From the NCBI GenBank assembly GCA_964514585.1, contig CAZETU010000002.1, positions 32,001-96,000 of the forward strand: DNA of 64,000 nt, in the 5' to 3' direction. The position numbers were made by a program, and so were the translations under genes. The DNA is from Candidatus Woesearchaeota archaeon (GTDB lineage Archaea; Nanobdellota; Nanobdellia; Pacearchaeales; GW2011-AR1). This document shows, piece by piece, positions 57,673-64,000 of the stretch. The notes below the pieces were generated by a model that had not been told where the DNA came from, did no database searches, and was given only the letters and a program-made list of their open reading frames with translations. Every line of letters begins with the position of its first letter. Position 1 is the first letter of the stretch.

Positions 57673-59115
57673 ATGGCAACACGCAAGGGTGTACTCTCTT
57701 TAGGAGATTCTTCGAATCTCGATGTTGAAACGGGCAAAGCGTTTCCGGTGAAGATAGGGTTGGAGATTCATGGTTATTTGGATACTCGGGAGAAGCTGTT
57801 TTGTATGTGTCGGACTGATAGCTTGGAGAGTGATGTGAATTCTAATGTTTGTCCGATTTGTACTGGTCAGCCTGGGAGTAAGCCTATGGCGGCGAATGAG
57901 GCGGCTGTTGATAAGTTGATTGAGATTGCTCTTGTTCTTGGGTCTAAGATTAATTTTAAGGAATGGGTTTGGCAGAGGAAGCATTATAATTGGGCGGATA
58001 ATCCTAAGGGGTATCAGACGACGATTTCGGGGGCGCATGCTTCGCCTTGTGCTGTTGGAGGAAAGTTTAAGGGGATAAATATTACTGAGGCACATTTGGA
58101 AGAGGATCCGGCGCAGTGGAATCCGGCGACGGGGAAGATTGATTATAATAGGTCGGGGTTGCCGTTGATTGAGATTGTGACGGAGCCTGAGTTTTCTAAT
58201 TCGGAGCAGGTTGTTGAGTGGTTGAAGGCTTTGGTTTTGAGCCTTAGTTATATTAAGGCTACTAGGAAGAATGCGGGGATAAAGGTTGATGTGAATGTTT
58301 CGACTTATGGGGAGAGGGTTGAGATGAAGAATTTGAATTCCTTAGAGAAGATTCGGAAGGCGATAGAGTACGAGATTGTTCGGCAGATTGAGGCGCATGA
58401 TGCTGGGGAGGTTCAGAAGAGGGATACTTTGGCGTTTGATGAGAAGTTGGGGAAGACGATAAAGATGAGGAGTAAGGAAGGGGCGGCTGATTATCGGTTT
58501 ATTAGTGATCCTGATTTGCCGGTGATTCGGATTGATAAGAAAAGGGTTAATGAGATTAAGGCTCGGCTTCCTGAGATGCCTGATGTTAAGTTGGATAGGT
58601 TGTTGAAGAAATATAATGTTGATAAGAAGGATGCGGATGTTTTGACGAAGAATTTGGAACTTGTGGAATTTTTTGAGGAATTGGTTAATAATGGAGTGGA
58701 CGTTAAGACTGGTCTTCCTTGGGTGACGGTTGAGTTGTTGCGGGTTTTGAATTATAATAAGAAGACTTTGGAGGATGCGGATGTTGAGATACAGCCGGTT
58801 CATTTGGCGGAGTTGATTAAGGCGGTTGTTGAGGGGAAGATTACGAAGTTGAAGGGGAAGCAGGTGATGAATGATTTTGTGCCGAAGAGTTTTTCCTTAA
58901 GTGAACATAAGGATGAGATTTCTAGTATTGATGAATCGGCTGTTGAGAATTTGTGTCAGCAGGTTATTGATGAGAATGCGCATGTTGTTGATGAGTATCG
59001 AGGTGGGAAGGATGCGAGTTTAAATTTTTTGATTGGGCAGGTTATGAGGTTGAGTGAACGAAGGGCGGATTTTCGAACTGCGGGGGATTGTTTGAAGAGG
59101 TTGATTAATGGTTGA
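57673..59115 (+). CDS. gatB: Asp/Glu-tRNA amidotransferase subunit B with N-terminal insertion
   Basis: KIGLEIH, KLFC, CPICTGQPG, IDYNRSGLPLIEIVTEP, RVEMKNLNS, DYRF. Confidence 0.95.
   Translation: MATRKGVLSLGDSSNLDVETGKAFPVKIGLEIHGYLDTREKLFCMCRTDSLESDVNSNVCPICTGQPGSKPMAANEAAVDKLIEIALVLGSKINFKEWVWQRKHYNWADNPKGYQTTISGAHASPCAVGGKFKGINITEAHLEEDPAQWNPATGKIDYNRSGLPLIEIVTEPEFSNSEQVVEWLKALVLSLSYIKATRKNAGIKVDVNVSTYGERVEMKNLNSLEKIRKAIEYEIVRQIEAHDAGEVQKRDTLAFDEKLGKTIKMRSKEGAADYRFISDPDLPVIRIDKKRVNEIKARLPEMPDVKLDRLLKKYNVDKKDADVLTKNLELVEFFEELVNNGVDVKTGLPWVTVELLRVLNYNKKTLEDADVEIQPVHLAELIKAVVEGKITKLKGKQVMNDFVPKSFSLSEHKDEISSIDESAVENLCQQVIDENAHVVDEYRGGKDASLNFLIGQVMRLSERRADFRTAGDCLKRLING
57680..57736 (+). repeat. 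Intragenic ~60-bp element, copy 2
   Basis: Matches 45324-45379; contains the hairpin gagattc-ttc-gaatctc. Confidence 0.85.
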
Positions 59116-59797
59116 TTCAAAATATAAAAGATTTACTAGTCGTATCGAGGAGTTAATAAAAGAATACACAGAAGAGATTTTCCCAAAGAAGATAAAGGCT
59201 AATTGGGGATATTCTTATCCGGATAGTGAACAAGCTAATGTTCAAGCATGGCTTATGAAGTCTGAGAATATCTTGCTTTTGATTTTCGGTGATGGAAGTA
59301 TACAGCTTAATCGTTTTAGAAGCCTTAGAGATAACAAAAAAGATTTTGATTTGTGTGAAAGGACTCATCAAATTAAGGGAATCCTGGAAGCTTGTTTGGA
59401 TGATTTGAAGAATGGTTTTCTAACTTCTCAAGAGTTTATTATTGCGAATGAAGTGTTTGATTCTGTTTTGGAGCAGGCAGAATTTTTTGTATTTAAGCAG
59501 AAGGATAAAGATGTTGCTGCAATTCTTCTTAGAATAGTGCTGGAAGATTCATTAAAACGGATTTCAAAGTCTGAAAATATTGAAATAGAACTTGATGGAA
59601 AAAATAGAAAGGTTTCTGCGTTAAATGATGATTTGAAGAAGACAGAATATTATAACAAAACTACGTGGAGACAAATTCAAGCATGGTTAGACATAGGCAA
59701 TGCCGCTGCTCATGGAGAATTTGATAAATATTCTATTGAAGACGTAGATGGATTCTATAAATGGTTGATGGATTTCATTTCGAGATATTTCAATTAG
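59108..59797 (+). CDS. DUF4145/HEPN-like protein
   Basis: AAILLRIVLED.LK...LNDDL..W..IGNAAAHG. Confidence 0.6.
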   Translation: MVDSKYKRFTSRIEELIKEYTEEIFPKKIKANWGYSYPDSEQANVQAWLMKSENILLLIFGDGSIQLNRFRSLRDNKKDFDLCERTHQIKGILEACLDDLKNGFLTSQEFIIANEVFDSVLEQAEFFVFKQKDKDVAAILLRIVLEDSLKRISKSENIEIELDGKNRKVSALNDDLKKTEYYNKTTWRQIQAWLDIGNAAAHGEFDKYSIEDVDGFYKWLMDFISRYFN

Positions 59798-59836
59798 AGA
59801 CTTTAGCTCTAAGATTAATTTGGTAAATAATTTTTT

Positions 59837-60064
59837 CTATTTTGCTGAGGATTTTGTTTCTTTCAGCCCTAGTGTTTCTCTTGGGCTTTCTGCCCCGTAT
59901 GTATCTTTCATTTCTTTAAATGGTTTAGAATATGCTCTCATAAAAGTATGTAATGCTGCAATGCCCAAGAGGATTCCAAATAAAGTTGAAAGAATTATAA
60001 TTAAATCTAAGGAATAATCTAGATTGGATCCAGGGTTGCAATACTGAGTAAGTATTATGAACAT
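59837..60064 (-). CDS. Small membrane protein
   Basis: Single hydrophobic helix. Confidence 0.45.
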   Translation of the reverse strand: MFIILTQYCNPGSNLDYSLDLIIILSTLFGILLGIAALHTFMRAYSKPFKEMKDTYGAESPRETLGLKETKSSAK

Positions 60065-60166
60065 GAAGGAAAAGAGAAAGAAGAAAAGAGATTAAAAATA
60101 AATTTCTTGACTTTAAGGTTTAGATATTATTTTATATTTGAAAGAGTAGGTTTTTCAGAGCTTTTC

Positions 60167-60805
60167 TTATCTTATCTTTGAAAATTTTTTCAAAAAGGGT
60201 TTAATTATTCCTTTACCCCCTTCAAAGAGTCCCCATGTAATTGTGACCCAAGAGAAGGCTCCAGCTCCAAAAATTATTAATGGTCGATATTCCCAGGATC
60301 CTAAAAAAGAATTAATTAATTCATAAATGGGTCCAATAAGAAAATTTACAATGAAAATAGATAGAATAAATATGTCTAAATCTATCCAGAAATTTCTTTC
60401 AAATTTTTCAATATAGGTAAATAATTTGATTCCAATTAGGGCTCCTATAAAAATAGATCCAATGCCAAATAAAAAATTTATAGAGTTTTGATATTCGTTG
60501 ATATATATACTCCTTGTAACTAAAAAAAGAATTACTAGGATGCCTATCACTCCCAAAAGAAACATTGCCGCCATAATAGAAAGCTGTTCTTTTTCTTTTG
60601 CGATCATTTCTGAAATTAAAAGAAATGATATCCCGCAAATTATTAGAGATAAATATCCTGCATATGTAGAGTTTATTTTATTAATGTGACTGTAGGAAAT
60701 TGAGAATGCTGTTAAAAATATTCCTAAAAGTATTAGCGGACGTTCATTTCTTTCAAGGAATTCTTCTAAATGAATTCTTTTTAATGGATTTTGATCTCTA
60801 TACAT
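60167..60805 (-). CDS. Polytopic membrane protein
   Basis: About six hydrophobic segments. Confidence 0.65.
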   Translation of the reverse strand: MYRDQNPLKRIHLEEFLERNERPLILLGIFLTAFSISYSHINKINSTYAGYLSLIICGISFLLISEMIAKEKEQLSIMAAMFLLGVIGILVILFLVTRSIYINEYQNSINFLFGIGSIFIGALIGIKLFTYIEKFERNFWIDLDIFILSIFIVNFLIGPIYELINSFLGSWEYRPLIIFGAGAFSWVTITWGLFEGGKGIIKPFLKKFSKIR

Positions 60806-60907
60806 AGCGTTTTATGTTTGTTTAACTACAAAAACTTTTCTTTTTAATTTTTCAAGTTACACGAGCCGAAGGCGATAACATTGATGAGTGTGGTGTGAAG
60901 AAGTAGC

Positions 60908-60937
60908 GATACTTTGCGGGACTGGGGGTGGACGGGA
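60908..60937 (+). repeat. G-rich intergenic repeat, copy 1
   Basis: gatactttgcgggactgggggtggacggga. Confidence 0.9.
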
Positions 60938-61038
60938 TGATGGACGCGGTTGGTTGCTCAAGTTGCATAAGATGCTCTCACGGGTTACACAAGCTGGAGG
61001 AATGGTTTTAAATAATGTTGATACTTTGATTAATTAAG

Positions 61039-61680
61039 ATGGTGTGGAGTTTTTTTGGAGTGATTGGCGAGAGACAGACGTATTTGAATATGATTTATTT
61101 GTTGATATCGTTTCCTTTAGGGATTGCTTATTTTGTTTTTCTTGTGACAGGGATTTCTCTTGGGCTTGGGTTGGTTATTACTTTGATTGGGATTCCTATT
61201 TTGGTTTTGATGACGTTTCTTTGGTATTGGGTTGGGATTTTTGAGAGAGAGTTGAGTTCTCGTATTTTGGGGATTGATATTAGCCCGGTGAAGAATAAGG
61301 CACTTAAACAGAAGGCTTTTTTGAAGAAGGTTACGACGCATTTGAGTCAGCCGATTACTTGGAAGAGTTTGGCGTATTTGTTTATTAAGTTTCCCTTGGG
61401 GATTTTGTCTTTTGTTGCTTTGGTTACTCTTCTTTCGGTTTCATTGAGCTTGGCTGTCTTCCCAATAGTTTATTATTCTCTTCGGGATGTTTCGGGGATT
61501 AGCTTTATGACTATCAATGGCGTTTCTTATATTCCTCAAACTTGGCAGATTTTTCTTGTTGCGATTGTAGGAATCTTTTTGTTGTTTGTATCGATGCATC
61601 TTCTTAATGGGTTGGCTTATGTTTCGGGATTGTTTGCGAAGATTCTTCTTGGTGAGACAGAGAAGAGAAGGAAGAAATAA
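61039..61680 (+). CDS. Stand-alone 'Sensor'-like membrane domain protein
   Basis: YLLISFPLGI.YFV.LVTG..LG.GL..T.IG.PIL..W.FER; TWKSLAYL.IKFPLG; no kinase domain attached. Confidence 0.75.
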   Translation: MVWSFFGVIGERQTYLNMIYLLISFPLGIAYFVFLVTGISLGLGLVITLIGIPILVLMTFLWYWVGIFERELSSRILGIDISPVKNKALKQKAFLKKVTTHLSQPITWKSLAYLFIKFPLGILSFVALVTLLSVSLSLAVFPIVYYSLRDVSGISFMTINGVSYIPQTWQIFLVAIVGIFLLFVSMHLLNGLAYVSGLFAKILLGETEKRRKK

Positions 61681-61704
61681 TTTTTAGTTATACTAGGGGA
61701 GTGG

Positions 61705-61729
61705 TACTTTGCGGGACTGGGGGACGGGA
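61705..61729 (+). repeat. G-rich intergenic repeat, copy 2
   Basis: tactttgcgggactgggggacggga. Confidence 0.9.
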
Positions 61730-61807
61730 ATACGTTTGGGGAAAAGTTTTTAAGAGTGTTAAGTGTTGAGTTGTTAATCCCAGGGAAAGAGTTCTGATAA
61801 AATTAAG

Positions 61808-62269
61808 ATGGCAAAGTTTGACATTGAACCGTGGCCTTCCACCTATAAAATGAATGAAGGAGTTGAGCCTAGTAAACTTGTTTCTGATGTTGAAGGGCGA
61901 GATGTTGGGGCTTTTAGGACTTCTATTCCTGCATGTACTATTGAGCCGCCGCAGATTCATTTGATATCTCCGAGAGATGGGGCGCCGTTTCAGGAATTGT
62001 TAACTGGATTTGATAGGAGTCTTTGTGTCGCTTATTATAATCCTGGAACTGGGGGCTATAGTGTTGAGAAATATTCTAAAGATGAAGATGTTGTTATACC
62101 AGCATTCAAGATACATTGGCTTATGAATTTTCATAATAGGCGTTTAAATTTTACTTGTGAGTATGCTCCGCATCCATGGGATGGAGATGTTGATGAGCCG
62201 GAGTTTAGAAATCTAACTACTCTTTTGCAGTTTGTGGATGAGAATAGCTTGAGAGATAAGTTAATTTAA
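61808..62269 (+). CDS. Hypothetical protein
   Basis: 153-aa ORF; no motif recognised. Confidence 0.6.
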   Translation: MAKFDIEPWPSTYKMNEGVEPSKLVSDVEGRDVGAFRTSIPACTIEPPQIHLISPRDGAPFQELLTGFDRSLCVAYYNPGTGGYSVEKYSKDEDVVIPAFKIHWLMNFHNRRLNFTCEYAPHPWDGDVDEPEFRNLTTLLQFVDENSLRDKLI

Positions 62270-62300
62270 TTTAGTTGCATATGTTACATCGAACAGTATT

Positions 62301-62327
62301 GATACTTTGCGGGGGTGGGGGACGGGA
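62301..62327 (+). repeat. G-rich intergenic repeat, copy 3
   Basis: gatactttgcgggggtgggggacggga. Confidence 0.9.
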
Positions 62328-62413
62328 AGGCTTAATAGAAATTTTTATTAGGGCAGTTTTGTTGTGGTTTTTATGGTTAAGGAATTGGATGAGGTTGTCG
62401 GAGAGGTTGGTTG

Positions 62414-62932
62414 ATGGTAACTGATACAATTATTTGGAAGGGTGATGAGGTTGAGAATGCTTGGGTTGAGACTTCTTCTTATAATTCTTTGGAGCCGGTG
62501 TGTCAGGTTTCTGGGTTTTGTTTTAATGATGAGGGAAAGGTTTTGTTGTTGAAGGAATCGGGACGGGATTTTTGGATGTTGCCTGGGGGTACTCCTGAGA
62601 AGGGTGAGAGTTTTGAAGAGGCGTTGGTTAGGGAGTTGGATGAAGAGGCGTCTTGTATTATTGGTGAGCCTGTTTTGATTGGTGCGGTTAAAGTTTGTTA
62701 TCCGAATAATCCTGATGAGAAGCAGGGTGAGAATTTTTTCCAGTTGAGATTTGTTGCGGAGGTGAATAAGGTTAATGAGCTGACTGAGGATCCTGATCGG
62801 GGGACGAAGCATGAGAGGATTTTTGTTTCGCCTGAGGATTTTGTTAAGTATGTGAGTTGGAAGAAGACTGGTGAAGTTATGATAAAGGTTGCTGGTGAGG
62901 TTTTGAAGAGGTTGGGTGGAGAGAGAGAATGA
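62414..62932 (+). CDS. NUDIX hydrolase
   Basis: Intact Nudix box GGTPEKGESFEEALVRELDEEA. Confidence 0.9.
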   Translation: MVTDTIIWKGDEVENAWVETSSYNSLEPVCQVSGFCFNDEGKVLLLKESGRDFWMLPGGTPEKGESFEEALVRELDEEASCIIGEPVLIGAVKVCYPNNPDEKQGENFFQLRFVAEVNKVNELTEDPDRGTKHERIFVSPEDFVKYVSWKKTGEVMIKVAGEVLKRLGGERE

Positions 62933-62966
62933 TGAAATATTCTTGTTTTAAATGTGATAAAAATAA

Positions 62967-63344
62967 TTAAGCGTTTAATTGACTTGCTACAGTAGGACAT
63001 TGTTTTTCCATTTCTGAAATTATAAGTTCTTTGAATTCTGCATTGTCTTTATATTTTGTCTCTAGAGTTTTGTATCCTGCATCATCGTAGCCGTATTTGT
63101 CCATGACTGACACTGTTTTTTTCATTGTTGCTTCAATATCTCCTGCTGAGTTCGCGCTCATTAATTCACATGTTAGTTCTGCTTGGAATTTTGCAAATTT
63201 TTCTTCTTCGCTTGATGCGCTTGAGGATGAAGATGTCGAGCTTGAAGATGAAGAGTTGTCGTTGTCTCCTCCAGAAAATGCGAAAATTAGTGCGATAATA
63301 ACTACTATTCCTACTCCAATTCCTATCATCATTTTTTTGTCCAT
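62967..63344 (-). CDS. Membrane-anchored protein with Ser-rich linker
   Basis: N-terminal TM, poly-Ser stretch, small helical domain with two Cys. Confidence 0.65.
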   Translation of the reverse strand: MDKKMMIGIGVGIVVIIALIFAFSGGDNDNSSSSSSTSSSSSASSEEEKFAKFQAELTCELMSANSAGDIEATMKKTVSVMDKYGYDDAGYKTLETKYKDNAEFKELIISEMEKQCPTVASQLNA

Positions 63345-63436
63345 TGATTAATTAGTGGGATTTTCTTTAAAAGGTTTGTGTTTATTAGATTTAAGGGAAG
63401 GGGAAATTTTTTATAATTGTTTGTGATTTTTATTAG

Positions 63437-63535
63437 ATGGGAAAAAAGAAACTTTCTACTAAGAAGAAGGATGATTTTGTTATTCCGAGGAAGGCGATAA
63501 CTTTGATAAGTGTGGTGTTGGGGGTGAATGTGTAA
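63437..63535 (+). pseudogene. Truncated alternative copy of the 63570 peptide gene
   Basis: 63460-63498 matches 63575-63613 at 38/39; stops after 32 aa. Confidence 0.6.
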
Positions 63536-63569
63536 AAAAGTTTAAATAATTGGTTTTAGTTTGTTATTT

Positions 63570-63740
63570 ATGGTTAAGAAGAAGGATAATTTTGTTATTC
63601 CGAGGAAGGCGATGTTGGGGGTTGCTCCTGCGATTGCGATTTCTGCGATTTTGATTTCGAGGCATGGGCCTGGGGAGTTGTTGTTGTTTTGGGTTGGAGT
63701 GAGTGTTGGAATATTTATTATGAAGGGTTGGAAGAAGTAG
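63570..63740 (+). CDS. 56-aa two-TM peptide (not in the ORF track)
   Basis: MVKKKDNFVIPRKAMLGVAPAIAISAILISRHGPGELLLFWVGVSVGIFIMKGWKK. Confidence 0.55.
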   Translation: MVKKKDNFVIPRKAMLGVAPAIAISAILISRHGPGELLLFWVGVSVGIFIMKGWKK

Positions 63741-63788
63741 GGGTTTTTGGATAGTAATTTTTAAAAAGAGTATTTTCTGATGAGTGGA

Positions 63789-64000
63789 ATGAAAGTTGAA
63801 AATATTTTGATTTTGGGGGTGTTGCCTCACGACGATAGTAGAAGGGCTCTTTATGGTGCGATGACGGAGGTTTGTTGTAGGTATGCGGGTAGTGTTAGTT
63901 CGCCGCTTGATTTTGTTGGGTTTGGGAGTAATAGGCGAGAGAGGTATAAGCATGTTTCGGGTTTGGTTGATAAGACTAGTTTTGTTGTTGCTGATCATAC
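63789..64000 (+). CDS. Partial ORF, possibly nucleoside 2-deoxyribosyltransferase-like fold
   Basis: MKVENILILGVLP..VSSPLDF..RY..VSGLVDKTSFVVADH; runs off the window end. Confidence 0.4.
   Translation, partial: MKVENILILGVLPHDDSRRALYGAMTEVCCRYAGSVSSPLDFVGFGSNRRERYKHVSGLVDKTSFVVADH

Noticed and set aside
10500-62290. Recurrent gtaac/gttac strings near several promoters (about 10525, 13593, 19384, 47985, 60856, 62283)
   Set aside because: A 5-mer is too short to distinguish from chance without a statistical test.
60908-62327. G-rich repeats as CRISPR repeats, attC sites or tRNA fragments
   Set aside because: Spacing is gene-sized (600-800 bp); there is no RYYYAAC/GTTRRRY palindromic pair; the reverse complement has no T-loop.
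1608-63998. Many long antisense or alternate-frame ORFs in the track (e.g. 3142..3822, 8148..8753, 29849..30517, 32705..33298, 39821..40564, 41713..42333, 63564..63998)
   Set aside because: They overlap well-supported genes and have Ile/Asn/Leu/Arg-biased, motif-free sequences expected from the G/T skew suppressing stops on the opposite strand.

Overview
64 kb of an AT-rich archaeal chromosome. Gene content and style point to a DPANN archaeon, most likely Pacearchaeota/Woesearchaeota (inference). Housekeeping genes include archaeal CCA enzyme, aCPSF1, proteasome beta, aIF-2beta, aIF-1A, FtsZ, GatCAB plus GatDE, a bacterial-type AspRS and tRNA-Asn(GTT). There is an oap/arv GTPase operon, a type IV pilus locus with many class III signal-peptide proteins, and a MacB-type ABC operon. 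The + strand is visibly G/T-rich regardless of gene orientation, and several accessory genes depart from this. The most unusual item is a GC-richer two-gene island (28910-31752) encoding what looks like a diderm-bacterial type XI secretion pair: a TbpB-like beta-barrel cargo and a Slam/DUF560 outer-membrane translocon, in a lineage with no known outer membrane. Other notable items: duplicated core-gene ends with mostly synonymous differences bracketing accessory genes, a ~60 bp element inserted in frame at the N-termini of two unrelated proteins, two orphans sharing a 22-aa leader and promoter, a G-rich repeat preceding three consecutive accessory genes, and several structured intergenic elements. 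All product calls come from motif recognition by eye; no database search was run.
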